This document shows, piece after piece, positions 45,289-56,300 of a stretch of DNA of 64,000 bases. Position 1 is the first letter of the stretch. Each line of letters begins with the position of its first letter. Made by a program: the position numbers and the translations under genes. The DNA lies in the IMG/VR virus record IMGVR_UViG_3300037755_000850, positions 1 to 64,000 of that record; one strand, given 5' to 3'. The notes under the pieces were generated by a model. The model searched no databases. It was not told where the DNA came from and was given only the letters and a program-made list of their open reading frames with translations. Origin of the DNA: a virus.

Positions 45289-45981
45289 ATGGCTATGGCT
45301 GAATTCCATCCAGACCTTTCAGATAGACAACGTGCCGAGCGTGAACTGGCCATGAAACTGCATGAAATAAATGTTCGGGCAGCAATGCAACAGGCATGTG
45401 ACCTCTCTACAATGACAGATCAACAACTCGAAGACCACCAGGACAAACTGCTAATTGGATTAAAGGCCCAAGAGCTTGAATGGCTGAAGTCCATGAGCGA
45501 TGGAGACATTGACACATCCGATATTCCGGAAGTTCAGGACTGGTCCGGCGCTGAGCGTGGGAAATTCTATCGTCCGGTGGGGCAATGCGTCACTCTTGAT
45601 GGCGTCGTAACGAGTCTCAAGCCAAGTGACCTAAAAGAAGGCAACGCCGTTTATCTCGAAGACATCAGGAAATCAATTGCAGACGTAACCGGGATTCCAA
45701 AAGCGATGATGAGCAATGACACACTGGACGATCATGGACCTGTGACACTTCCATCAACCGAACAACTGGTGCAAACTCTGGTGGAAAAATACGGCATCGA
45801 TCCAGACAAGCTCCGCATCACTGTGGTTGATCAAGTTGCTGCCGCCACCCCGGATCTTGATATCAGCGTCGGTACTGTCGAGCCTGCCAATCCGGTTTTC
45901 GCCGCCATGAGTGCGATGCGAAACCAGTTCGAACATCCCAGTCTGCGTATGGTGAATAAGCAGGATCGGTCAAAACCATGA
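45289..45981 (+). CDS. hypothetical protein with embedded BrnA-antitoxin-like motif
   Basis: MSDGDIDTSDIPEVQDWSGAERGKFYRPV. Confidence 0.6.
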   Translation: MAMAEFHPDLSDRQRAERELAMKLHEINVRAAMQQACDLSTMTDQQLEDHQDKLLIGLKAQELEWLKSMSDGDIDTSDIPEVQDWSGAERGKFYRPVGQCVTLDGVVTSLKPSDLKEGNAVYLEDIRKSIADVTGIPKAMMSNDTLDDHGPVTLPSTEQLVQTLVEKYGIDPDKLRITVVDQVAAATPDLDISVGTVEPANPVFAAMSAMRNQFEHPSLRMVNKQDRSKP

Positions 45982-46271
45982 AAATCCTTTCCACTATTGC
46001 CTTTTTTGCCTTGATGGTTAATCCAATACAAGCTGAATATATCAGCTACAAGGACGACTGGAAAGCACCAGTGCCGATTGCCATCCCCGCACCATCCAAG
46101 GCAATCTATGTCGTGGTTGTCGATTGGCTGGGCAATGAAGAGTTCGAAATGCGCGTCGATAAAATGATTGTTGAGCGCTTCAATCTCAAGGCTGGTGATC
46201 GGGTTTCAGCCACTCAGGCGTTCAAGATCCGGGCGGCACAGAATGAGCTTGAGGCGATGAAGCTTCGATGA
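45978..46271 (+). CDS. exported hypothetical protein
   Basis: signal-peptide-like N-terminus. Confidence 0.55.
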   Translation: MKILSTIAFFALMVNPIQAEYISYKDDWKAPVPIAIPAPSKAIYVVVVDWLGNEEFEMRVDKMIVERFNLKAGDRVSATQAFKIRAAQNELEAMKLR

Positions 46272-46376
46272 CACCACCAGATCATAGTTGGCTGCAATGG
46301 ATCAAGATCAAGCTGGGATTGCGTGAAAACGAGTACGATACCCATAATCCCGGCCCGCCGCGCCCAATGACCAGCA

Positions 46377-46745
46377 TCACCCGGCAGCAGCAAGAAAAGC
46401 GAAATAAGCAGCGGAGCCAGACGCCACCCAGCTCACCAGAATGAGCATCCAGCCCCCGTAAACACCTGCAATCAACGCTGGTGTTGCAACCGCAAAGGCA
46501 ATCGTCAGCAGCAGCACGGCGGCTTCCATGCGATCGCCCCGTGCACGCTGTTCATTTCTGATAGATCGCATTCCCGTAATGGTGTTGGTCTGGCCCTTGA
46601 TCTCCATCACTGTCACCCTGAGATCGGCGCGATTTGCAGCTGATTTGAAATCATCTTCCTTCATCGATGCAACTGCCAAACAGCAGGCGATAAAAGCCAG
46701 ATAGATGGCGATGAGGGATCTGGCGCGTTCGCTCATTTGCGGCAA
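46377..46745 (-). CDS. membrane protein at the end of the lysis cassette (possible holin/antiholin)
   Basis: 3 TM, position after the spanins. Confidence 0.5.
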   Translation of the reverse strand: MPQMSERARSLIAIYLAFIACCLAVASMKEDDFKSAANRADLRVTVMEIKGQTNTITGMRSIRNEQRARGDRMEAAVLLLTIAFAVATPALIAGVYGGWMLILVSWVASGSAAYFAFLAAAG

Positions 46746-46993
46746 TCCTCATAAGCGGCTATTGTTCGCTTGAGAGCCCTGGCCTTGGTGTGGACCTGCG
46801 TCACCAACCGTCCCGCCACTTCAACCGCTGTATCGCCGCGTATGACCGGCTTGCGCCTGCTTTCCGCAACAATGTCGCTCGGGATCGGAGGACAGCGCAA
46901 ACTGGCGTCACTTATTGCCGGTGGCAAGGGTGAGCAGGCGCTGACGCTCCAGCTCAGTAAAGCGACAAGCGCCATTATCCTGATTGGCTTCAT
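46733..46993 (-). CDS. o-spanin (Rz1-like lipoprotein)
   Basis: MKPIRIMALVALLSWSVSA-C lipobox, Pro-rich, overlaps the i-spanin 3' end. Confidence 0.7.
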   Translation of the reverse strand: MKPIRIMALVALLSWSVSACSPLPPAISDASLRCPPIPSDIVAESRRKPVIRGDTAVEVAGRLVTQVHTKARALKRTIAAYEDCRK

Positions 46994-47228
46994 TGACGAT
47001 TTGCTCCAATTGGCCAGCAAGGCGGGCCGCTTCTTCTTCCGCAGCGCGGGCGCGGGCGGCGTCAGCCTGTTCGATGGCGATGCGGTGAGCAAGCCCCTCC
47101 CGCAAGGCGGCGGCTTCCGCCCGGTATGGCGCGGCGGCATCATGTCTGATCCACGCAAGGAGCCCGACAGCAACGATGCCGATCAGAAGATAGCGCCCGA
47201 TCGTGCCGGTGATGAATGACAGTATCAT
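46908..47228 (-). CDS. i-spanin (Rz-like)
   Basis: N-terminal TM plus coiled coil, directly after the endolysin. Confidence 0.7.
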   Translation of the reverse strand: MILSFITGTIGRYLLIGIVAVGLLAWIRHDAAAPYRAEAAALREGLAHRIAIEQADAARARAAEEEAARLAGQLEQIVNEANQDNGACRFTELERQRLLTLATGNK

Positions 47229-48433
47229 CTCGCGGTATTTGCCCCCGTCTGATGATCCTCAAGTCGGGCCTGCTGAATATCGCGGAACCAGCGATAGAGG
47301 AAATACGACCCGAGAATGATGGCCAGATACCATTTATCGGCAAAGAAGCTCAAGACATCGGTGAACCCCATGGTGAGCGTCTTCAGCGTGTTGATCTCTT
47401 TCAGGATCTCACTTGCACCGATCAGCGCGTCAGCAGCCGTGCCAACCGCATAGAGCGCTGATCCTGTACCGATTGTCGCCACAGCCTTGACACCCTGATC
47501 CGCCTTTCCGACGATGCGGGAGCCGCTTTCACGCAGGTCATCAAGCGTATCATCGGCGCGCTCGCCTAGCGGCATGGGCTGAACGGTCTCGGCATTGAGA
47601 GCCGTGCGGGTCTTGGGGCCAATGATCCCATCCGTGACAAGATCGTTCTCAGCCTGGAATGTGAGCACCGCTGAACGCGTGCGGGAGCCGAAAATGCCAT
47701 CAGAGCGGCCAACGGCATAGCCAAGCGCCTTCAGCCGATTCTGGAGCGCCCCGACAAGCTCACCGCGATCGCCGATCCTGAGCAGGTCGTCATCAACCTT
47801 GCCCGAGATCCCCAGCGCATCACAGGCGCGGGAATACCAGATTTGCCGATCGGCCCAGCCAATCGGATCATATTTCGACAAGGGATTGCCACGGTTGATG
47901 GCGTTGCAAACCGATTTCCATCCCCGCTCACCCATGTCACAATATTTGAGATGCTGGGAAAATTCCCAGCAGGCCGCCTTAAGTGAGATTTCAGCGTTTT
48001 CAATCAATTCCGGCTTGTTGCCAAGATCAACGCCGATTGCCTTTCCGGCCTGTTCGTAACTGTCGCGACCGGTCAGTTGAATCAGACCACCACCCCGGTA
48101 TCGGTAACCATCATCGTCCTGAAGACCATTGCGTTCATTGCCCATCCGTCCGCCATAGACAGAATTGGCAAGAGCCTTGGGATTACGGGCAAAGCGTGTT
48201 GCTTCAGGACGGGTGGGCCACACCGCGCGAATGCGCGGTGCTGAATAATTCATGTTTTCGCGGACAATCGTCAAGCCACCAGACTCGTGGCAGATCGTTG
48301 CTAGAAATGCTGCCAATCTCAATGGTGTATTAATGCCGTATTTATCGAGGTCATCTTTACCGTTGACTAACGCAGAAGCATAGTCCTCATTTGCCTTTGG
48401 CGACAAAGTTCTGATAATGTCTTTTGAAATCAT
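47225..48433 (-). CDS. endolysin: GH19 glycoside hydrolase + peptidoglycan-binding domain + C-terminal TM
   Basis: RLAAFLA...HESGG, YGGRMGN, DGYRYRG.G.IQLTGR, DGIFG..T..AV..FQ....L..DGIIG. Confidence 0.9.
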   Translation of the reverse strand: MISKDIIRTLSPKANEDYASALVNGKDDLDKYGINTPLRLAAFLATICHESGGLTIVRENMNYSAPRIRAVWPTRPEATRFARNPKALANSVYGGRMGNERNGLQDDDGYRYRGGGLIQLTGRDSYEQAGKAIGVDLGNKPELIENAEISLKAACWEFSQHLKYCDMGERGWKSVCNAINRGNPLSKYDPIGWADRQIWYSRACDALGISGKVDDDLLRIGDRGELVGALQNRLKALGYAVGRSDGIFGSRTRSAVLTFQAENDLVTDGIIGPKTRTALNAETVQPMPLGERADDTLDDLRESGSRIVGKADQGVKAVATIGTGSALYAVGTAADALIGASEILKEINTLKTLTMGFTDVLSFFADKWYLAIILGSYFLYRWFRDIQQARLEDHQTGANTAR

Positions 48434-48509
48434 GGCCAATATCACCGTTTGTTCTCTAAGAACTTAAAGTGATTCGCGTGTCAAGAATATACTTACTTTG
48501 GCGGGCATT

Positions 48510-48531
48510 AAAAAGCCCCTGAAAAGGGGCT
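48510..48531 (-). terminator. intrinsic terminator
   Basis: AAAAAGCCCCT-GAAA-AGGGGCT. Confidence 0.65.
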
Positions 48532-48556
48532 GGATTTGAGATTGCATGAGTGGGCG

Positions 48557-49150
48557 TCATTTGGCCCGCGCAACGCCGACGATGCGCCCGTTCTCAATTC
48601 GGCATGTATCGCCCGTCCGAAACCAGCCATCTGCATTAGCAAGACCTTGCACGACACCGCCGCATCGGACATGCAGAACATCGTCATGCATCTCGATTTC
48701 GACGCCATCGAGCGGCACTCCGTCGATAGCAATGCATCCGGTCTCAGTCGTTCCGTAGTAATTGCGGACGGGAACATTCAACATGTCTTCGATACGATCC
48801 GCATGCTTCTGTATAAAGATGTGAGCGAACCATATCTCTTTCAGGGTTTTCCATGTGTCTGGATAATCACGTAGCGCCTTCAGGATTGGGCTGTAATTGG
48901 TAACCAGAAGCGTTGTGGTTTCATCACCCGGCCATTCCTGCGCATTTCCGCCGCCATGCTTTACGGCTTCCGTCGCGGTAATCACCTTTATGGTCGTATC
49001 AGCGCTAAAGTTGCACGCAACAGCTTGACCAACACGCTCCATATGCAGCCTCAGCGCTTCGCAACGCGCCGAAATGGCAGCATCACCGATCTCGATCATC
49101 TTGCGAGGCCCTGACGTGCCGCTCGTTCTGGCTTTAATCAAGCTGCCCAT
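48557..49150 (-). CDS. miniature AMP-binding (ANL adenylate-forming) domain protein
   Basis: TSGTSGPRK (A3), YGTTETG (A5), GWFRTGD (A7) within 197 aa. Confidence 0.65.
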   Translation of the reverse strand: MGSLIKARTSGTSGPRKMIEIGDAAISARCEALRLHMERVGQAVACNFSADTTIKVITATEAVKHGGGNAQEWPGDETTTLLVTNYSPILKALRDYPDTWKTLKEIWFAHIFIQKHADRIEDMLNVPVRNYYGTTETGCIAIDGVPLDGVEIEMHDDVLHVRCGGVVQGLANADGWFRTGDTCRIENGRIVGVARAK

Positions 49151-49782
49151 AAGTATCCTCCTGCCAAGGTATTGCCAAATCCTTCGTCATCCATATCTAT
49201 AGATACATCAACAAGAGACGCATTTTGTAACTGATATTTTAAATAGTGGTAATTTATAGCACCGCCATTTAATTCTGCTGTTGCCGCTGGTGACATAGTG
49301 CGTGGATTAATAGTTCCACTATTATTTGCGTAAAAACCAAATGCGATAAGTGGTAAAGTACCATTCGTAGCAACAATATTCTGAGCCGAAGGATTTCCAT
49401 CGGTTATCTGAGTTGTTGGCGTTGAAGCCGTTATAGTTGTTATGGCTACATCAGGGCGAAAGACGGCAAGTATTTTATCATCAATAAAACCTTCACTCAT
49501 CCCTGTAAGTGTCGTTTCACTTCCAGTCGCAATTTTATAGCTTACGGCAACTCTCGTAAAGTCTCCAGCAACATTAATCCAATTTGTAAAACCGGACGGA
49601 GTAACTAAACTGGGCGCACCAACCTTATCACTACTAAAATCAGAAAGTATAATTAGATCACCAGCCTGAACTGTACCTGGAACGGTTATCTGATCCGTCG
49701 AGCTATAGGCATCATCGTGGAATGCGAGTGAAGTCACGGAGCCGCCAGCCGCAACATACGGCGCAGGAAACACAGCGAACAT
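49138..49782 (-). CDS. tail fibre-associated beta-rich protein
   Basis: coupled to the tail fibre gene; VQAGDLIIL, TPSGFT; AT-rich. Confidence 0.6.
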   Translation of the reverse strand: MFAVFPAPYVAAGGSVTSLAFHDDAYSSTDQITVPGTVQAGDLIILSDFSSDKVGAPSLVTPSGFTNWINVAGDFTRVAVSYKIATGSETTLTGMSEGFIDDKILAVFRPDVAITTITASTPTTQITDGNPSAQNIVATNGTLPLIAFGFYANNSGTINPRTMSPAATAELNGGAINYHYLKYQLQNASLVDVSIDMDDEGFGNTLAGGYLWAA

Positions 49783-51146
49783 CAGCTTACATCCTGCACG
49801 GTCAGCGATGAGAATCCGTTTATTTTTATGATGGTGCAAATAAAATCATCACCGTTCGTCGTAGTGAAAGCGTCTCCGAATACACCGGAAAATCCGGATG
49901 TAGTGATCGCACCGGCAGACGCGTTATTGGTGATCTGAACAATGATACAACAATTATTTGTCGGCGGGGCGAGCGTGAAGGCTCCGCCATTAACAATACG
50001 TTTCATGTTGCCAGTGGTCTCAACTGGCGTATAAGTGCCAGATGATTGCGTGCCATCATTGTCCGGCGTATGGGCAAAGCCTGCCGTCAGCACGTCCGCT
50101 ACATCTGCTTTCAGTGTGTCTGCGTCAAACGCCTGCGTGATCGAACCAAGGCCGCTGGCCAGGAGGATATTCGACCCTTCAATGGCAGCAACGCCAGCCG
50201 ATACACGGGTTAGTGTCGTATCGGAAGCGTGGCCAATATTGAGTGCTGTGAATTGTGGGCTATCCCCTGTTCCAAGACCAAGACTTGTTCGTGCTGTTGC
50301 ACCGCTCTCAGCTACCCATGCGGAACCGTTGCCAACAATGATATTGCTGTCTGTCGGGGTCAATGCGGCAATCGCCGTCAAGTCAGAGTCGAGCGGCTGA
50401 AAAGCGGCATCCGCCCCGGCAATCGAATAAAAATCCGTTCCAGCTTCCAGGTCGAGTGATGACCGCATTTGCGCAAATGTCTGTGGCACCAGCGTCTGGA
50501 AATTGGCGCTTGGCGTTAACCCGGCCCATGTGTCAAGATCAGCGTCATAGGCTTGAATCGTTGAGCCAATATCCGAGCTGGTCAGATAATCTGCCTCAAT
50601 GGCATCAATGGCGGTCCTATTTTCAGCCAGCGCTCCCTCGACATCCGTCGCAGTGATCAGCGTTCCGGCATCCTCTATGCCGATGAGAGACGCTCCAAGG
50701 GCATTGGCATTGGAGGCCAGATCTTCAAAATTGGCGAGACTGAAATCGGTTCCCGCATCATCGGTAAACATAGCCAGATTGGGCGTGGCGGTCTGCACCC
50801 AGAACTGGCCGCTGCCTGGAACATCGGCTTCGGCGGCAGCTTTCTCGGTCAGGAACAATCCGGCAAAATCTGGATTATCGGTTGTCCCGACACCAAGGGT
50901 GGTTCTGGCGGCTCCTTGCGTGGTGTCATCCAGAACACTCTGCATGAAGGCGGGTACGACCACTTCAGCAGATAGATTGGCATTTGCCGAGGTGACATAA
51001 TAGGTCGCATCCGATGGCGCGGAATCGGTGGAGACCTCTTCGATCGCCCGCTGCACATCGGTCGATTCAATATTGTCGGTTGGCGAAAAACGGGTATGAT
51101 GGGCCTGACGTTTATGAACGCCGATTTCAGTTTTGACAGTGGTCAT
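49782..51146 (-). CDS. tail fibre protein
   Basis: AART.LG.G, QAYDADL, QPLDSDLTAIAAL fibre repeats. Confidence 0.75.
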   Translation of the reverse strand: MTTVKTEIGVHKRQAHHTRFSPTDNIESTDVQRAIEEVSTDSAPSDATYYVTSANANLSAEVVVPAFMQSVLDDTTQGAARTTLGVGTTDNPDFAGLFLTEKAAAEADVPGSGQFWVQTATPNLAMFTDDAGTDFSLANFEDLASNANALGASLIGIEDAGTLITATDVEGALAENRTAIDAIEADYLTSSDIGSTIQAYDADLDTWAGLTPSANFQTLVPQTFAQMRSSLDLEAGTDFYSIAGADAAFQPLDSDLTAIAALTPTDSNIIVGNGSAWVAESGATARTSLGLGTGDSPQFTALNIGHASDTTLTRVSAGVAAIEGSNILLASGLGSITQAFDADTLKADVADVLTAGFAHTPDNDGTQSSGTYTPVETTGNMKRIVNGGAFTLAPPTNNCCIIVQITNNASAGAITTSGFSGVFGDAFTTTNGDDFICTIIKINGFSSLTVQDVS

Positions 51147-51222
51147 CGTTTTGCTCTATAATACCCAAGAATATGCGAATTTCCGCGCGTAGTGTGGAGA
51201 ATGTGAGAGCCACTAGCGTCGC

Positions 51223-52419
51223 CTACTCATAGAAGATGTTCACTTGGCCGCCGTCGAAGGTATCGCTACCAGTGCGGGTCAGTCGAACGCGATCAAGCTC
51301 CGCGCTCAGCGCCTTGCGTCCAGCGCCGTAGCCTGGTGCCTCGGAAAGGCGATCAATGACGTGGCTTGATACCCAAGTGTTTCCGGTAACGCGGGAAATA
51401 ACGAGTATGCCAGTAGCCGGGATAGAGGAATTGATGACAAAACCCGCCGTAGACGTTGTTTCTCCGCTCCTTAGCCCGCCTACAGACACATATCCGGATG
51501 ATTCTATGCCGCCGCTATCGCCTATCTGAACAAGCGGTAGATTCGTCCCGCTCAGCGAGACCTGATCCAGCATCACTGTTATTCGGTTCACCCCCGCCGG
51601 GATGCCGGTGAAATCAAACTCTGTTCCTGAGGTTGTCGCCTGCACTGTCTCAGAGACAAGCGTCTGCGCCGCTATCGCCTGAGCCACCCGCTGCGCCGTC
51701 CAGGCCCGTGTTGTCGTTCCCGTGCCTGCTTCTGCTTCGGATTGATCCACTGTAGCGAGCCCGAGATTGGTTCTGGCATCAGCAGCGCTTGACGCCCCAG
51801 TGCCGCCATCTGTCACGGGAACATCCGTACCGCCTACGCGGTAAAGCGCATTACCTTCGATCTCGATATCAGTATCGGAAACAGTTATGGTACGGGTGTT
51901 TCCGGTTGTGATATCAGAAACCTCGAAGGCCAGCTCCTTGGTGGCATCACCATTGTCCTGAACGCGAAACACATTATCGGCAAATTCTGTGGTTGTGGTA
52001 GAGTAGAAATTCCGAGCATACCAGCAATCATCGCCGCTATCATAGGTGAACTCATAGACACCGCCAGAATTCATCACCCCCGAGACAATGGCAGTTGAGG
52101 TATGCGAGCGGATAGCCTTTGCACCAAGACTGTCAACATTCAAGGTCGGGCTTGCACCATTGGCTGTGTGCATCCTGGCAACAATGACAATGCCATCGGC
52201 CAAAGATGTATAGGTCTGGTTCGAGGCGACAGTATAGGCTGTGGAAGAGCCCCCGGTATTGACTTGGCCGGAAATGTCATCACGGTATTTTGCCACCGCC
52301 GCCATCATCGCGCGTGCAGAATTGTTCACGGTTGAGGGCGCTTGGCCCTCTCTCCAGTTTACGGTTGCGTCTGCCGTATTATTACTGCTGGCGGTTGTAC
52401 TCCACGTGAACATTGTCAT
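51223..52419 (-). CDS. tail fibre/tail structural protein
   Basis: WSTTA..N, W.EG.APS.VN.SAR.MMA, GGTGASSAADARTNLG. Confidence 0.75.
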   Translation of the reverse strand: MTMFTWSTTASSNNTADATVNWREGQAPSTVNNSARAMMAAVAKYRDDISGQVNTGGSSTAYTVASNQTYTSLADGIVIVARMHTANGASPTLNVDSLGAKAIRSHTSTAIVSGVMNSGGVYEFTYDSGDDCWYARNFYSTTTTEFADNVFRVQDNGDATKELAFEVSDITTGNTRTITVSDTDIEIEGNALYRVGGTDVPVTDGGTGASSAADARTNLGLATVDQSEAEAGTGTTTRAWTAQRVAQAIAAQTLVSETVQATTSGTEFDFTGIPAGVNRITVMLDQVSLSGTNLPLVQIGDSGGIESSGYVSVGGLRSGETTSTAGFVINSSIPATGILVISRVTGNTWVSSHVIDRLSEAPGYGAGRKALSAELDRVRLTRTGSDTFDGGQVNIFYE

Positions 52420-52426
52420 AGCAGGA

Positions 52427-53329
52427 CTACCCCATCATCCGAGGGCGGAAGATCCCCAGTTTGCCGGTCTGCTGGAGCATCTGGCCGAGGCGCTGCATAT
52501 CGACGGGACGCTGCTGCATCTGCATGCCGCCTTCATCCCCGCCTTGCGCATTCTGCATGGCTTGGGCAGCAAGTGAACTGTCAGCCCCTGATTGCTGCCC
52601 ACTAGATTGTGCATCCTGACCGCCAGGGGCGAAATTGCTGAGCGAGCCGAACAGATTCTGCATGTCGGTGCCAGGATTGGCGGCGCTGGCCATTTTGGGG
52701 ACTGCGGACCCGGCAACACCGGGGCCTGCGGCAGCGGCTGGTCCGCCACCACCAAACAGCTTGGCAAGCATTGCGATATCGAACATGGGTTTGCCTTTTG
52801 CGTTCTGTGAAGGTTGGGATTGTGGTTTTGGGTTCTGGCCATCCGGGCGCAGGAAAGCATGGCTGTCATCGCGCATGACGACGCCTTGATACGATCCGGT
52901 TTCGGGATTATAATTGGTCCAGTTCGCGCCGCGTGGACCCCAATTCTTGTATTTGCTCGGCTCTTTGGCCTCCAAGGCCAACATGGTCTTTTCTGGAGCC
53001 AGAAAATGGGTTGCGCCTTGCACCCAATCGCCGATCTCGCCCTTGCCGCGCCGCTCGGCAATGCCGGTCAGATGCTGGAAGGCCGGGGAGTTGACGATCT
53101 GGGGCAGGCGGGCGCGCTGGGTGTCTTCGATGGTGGGCTGGTAGCGTTTTCCGGAAACCGAGGCCGTCAGATCATGGCCATCAGCCTCGGCGCGATTATA
53201 AATCGCCCCGAGTACATTCACCGCCCCTTGTGCGTCACCTGAATTGGCCTCCATCAGCGCCATTGCCGCAGCCTTCTGCGCTGGCGTGAGAGAGAGCCAC
53301 AGGCGATCGCGATCCGCCCAATAGGCCAT
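52427..53329 (-). CDS. virion-associated cell-wall hydrolase (SleB/Hydrolase_2-like)
   Basis: EA......NV...IYNR, YQP, GATHF, H.F. Confidence 0.6.
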   Translation of the reverse strand: MAYWADRDRLWLSLTPAQKAAAMALMEANSGDAQGAVNVLGAIYNRAEADGHDLTASVSGKRYQPTIEDTQRARLPQIVNSPAFQHLTGIAERRGKGEIGDWVQGATHFLAPEKTMLALEAKEPSKYKNWGPRGANWTNYNPETGSYQGVVMRDDSHAFLRPDGQNPKPQSQPSQNAKGKPMFDIAMLAKLFGGGGPAAAAGPGVAGSAVPKMASAANPGTDMQNLFGSLSNFAPGGQDAQSSGQQSGADSSLAAQAMQNAQGGDEGGMQMQQRPVDMQRLGQMLQQTGKLGIFRPRMMG

Positions 53330-53372
53330 CGGCCTTGCCCCGTCTAACCAAAATACCTCTTGACACTAGAAA

Positions 53373-56300
53373 CTATAAAGTGATTCGCGCGTCGTTCTTA
53401 GAGAATTCTTTGAACGATATTGGTTTTTTACCGGATTTCTGTGATCTTTTAAGATAATCCGTGTATAGTTCCGTCATCGGTTTTGAATTCGTATCTGTGA
53501 AACCTTCAACAGAAGAACCACCATCTGCTGACCCCAGCGCAAATTGCGGCATAATCTCTTCCAGACCTTCTTCCCGCAAGGCACGGTTGAGTTCTTGCCG
53601 CATGTCGGCTTCCATGAAGGGAACAGAGGCGTATAATCCCGGATTGCCATCGGCGCGCGGATCGAATGTATCAAAGGCAGAGCGCACCCGTGCGGCATCC
53701 CAGAGGAACAGGCTGTCATTGCCGACATCTTCATAATCGTTCTTGTAGATCAGACTGTCATAACCGTGGGATTCCAGGATATTGACAAGCGCCTGACGGA
53801 ATGTCTGCTGTTCATCGAAACCAGCGCCAACAAGGGCTTTTTCGGTCATGACGGCAACCATCATGTCATCGATGGCGCGGAACACAGGGTAGTTTTTCGG
53901 ACCAATATCCGGGATCTGACCTGCCATAATTTCCTGGATCGCTCCGCGCCACATCGGCATCGAGCCCCAGGCGTTGAGATCGGGAACGCGTAAGGGATTG
54001 CGGGCCTTGACCAGCAGGGGAAGATTGCGGATATTCTTGCGGTTATCCCAAAAAGCATTCGACAGGAATCTGGCGAGCTTGCCAATCATGCCCGGTTTTT
54101 CCAGCGTGAGCTGATTGTCCACATCGTGGAATGAGAACCCGGCTCGTTCATTGGCAGCATTAGGTGTATTGATGGCGACATGGAAACCGAAATCGCGGCC
54201 CTTGATATTCGGGTTCGGGACCAGAAAATCCGAAGGCGTTGCATGCCAGGCTGGAAGCGTGAAGCCTTGCAGTTTTGCCCGCTTTAATGGCGCGTCGGCT
54301 TTCCACCAGTTTCCGAGATAGGTCCGGATCGCCGATTGCCTGAGCCTGTCATCAATGGGGCCGCGTCCGAGCGATTCTCCGATGAGGGAAGATCGACCAA
54401 AGTCTTCGCGTGTTGGAGTAATTCGATCCGCTGGGCTGAGCCCTTGGGGTGCTCCAGCGCCCGCTTGAGCAGCGCCCGGCTGGCCAGGATCAGATCGTGC
54501 CGGTTGAGTCGCATTGGTGATTTCCCTTAGCCGTTTTACAATCGTGTCTGGTACATGGTAATCTGGTTCTGGAACAGAAAGCGTTCTGGCTTGGTTCGGC
54601 GTGCCGCGCGAGAAATCCCCCCGGAACATGGCATCGAGAATATGTTTGACCGGTGCGATTTCTTGCGGGGTAAAGACGCCATGTTCATAGAGTTCGACCA
54701 TGTGAGCGATCTGCTCCTGATCGATGAACTCTTGATAAAATCTTGTATTGGCTTTATATAGATCATGATAGGAATCGTAGATTGAGACCTCGTGATCTTT
54801 GGAATTTGTATCGGTTATTCCAGTGGCCTCAAGATACGAACCCAAAGAATGATCCATAACTCGGAGTTTTTCAGCATGGTCAAGAAGACGGAGCCAGATC
54901 GCCTCGGGGATACGATTTTTAGTCCTGAGAGCGTGGACAGCCTCATGCCGTATTACGCCCCGGAGATATTGCGAGCTGCCGCCATCCGGGGTAAGGTTGA
55001 CAAAGAAAATCCCCGACGTGGCAGGCCGATTTTGCATTTCCGGAAGGATCGCGTGGAACGCCGATGATCGTATGTAGTGCGGCGGAAGCCGCAAGGTGAA
55101 CCGCTTGCCGTCCTCGGTCTTGAAATCAAACAGGATCTTTTCCGGTTTCGCCTGATTGGGCTCGTCTTGATCAGGGTAAATTCCACTGATATTGGCGACG
55201 ATATACTCGCTTGGCACCATGTCTTGCGCCGGGCGGATGGCATCGAAGACCGGCTTGGCTGACTCGATTGGAACCGGAGCCGCCAATCCATTTCTGACGA
55301 GCAGAAGCATGTCCTGCGTCAGTCGCGAACGCGCCCCCTTCTTCTCGCCCCCGATCGCGGCGAGGATATTGGGATCGTCTGGATCAAAGCCACCGGCATT
55401 GAAGACGGATTTGATCTGTTCTGGCTTGAAGACGATATAATGGGTGGCCCCTTGAATACCCTGCATGGTCGGGAATTTTTCATCCACCGTATGATCGATG
55501 ATGCCATCATAGCCAATCATCTCATAGGCGCGGCGGATCGGCTCCATGGTGGACAGTTGGCCAGATTCCGGATCTTCGCCATAGATCAGGAAATCGCTGT
55601 TGGAGGCGACATTATAAATCTGCTCAGCCGTTAATCCTTCATTGATGAAGACATCATCCATCAGATCCGCGATGAAGGCTTCGACATCGATGTTGTTGTA
55701 ATCCGGCGCAACTTGGCGCAGGGCTTCGAAGAACTCATCAAGCTTGCCAGAGGGTTCGCCATACTCATAGTCATCAGTTTCCTCATCATAGATCTCGCCA
55801 GCCTGGTATGGGAGGAAAGTTGATTCAATTCCCGAATACGGATCGCTGATCACCACCGGATTTTGAATACTGAGGTAAACCGGCAGGTTCATGCCCTCAT
55901 GGACATAACCGAGTTGCTCTCTGGCCTTGTTAAAACCATGGGGATCATTATATTCGAGCCCGGCATCGCTGTTGAGGCGTTCGGCCAGATTTGTTATTCT
56001 TCCCTCGATATCAGGTCCAATGGCGCGGCCATAATTGGCGCTGCTATCATCCGGGCTGTCGGTGAAGTAAAAGCCTCTGCCAAGATTTGATTCAACCTGT
56101 GTGCGTCTTGGATCAAAGGCTGGAAAATCCGCCAGCGTCGCGTGATAGAGGATTTTCGGCTCACCCATCTCATCGACTGCGGCGCTTTGTTTGAAGAACG
56201 CCTTGAATCTGGGATCATTCTTGATCGGCTGGCCTTCCCGGTCTACCGGGCGAAGGGCATAGGACAGATCCTGACCGCCACCGCGCGGATCAGGGCTTGC

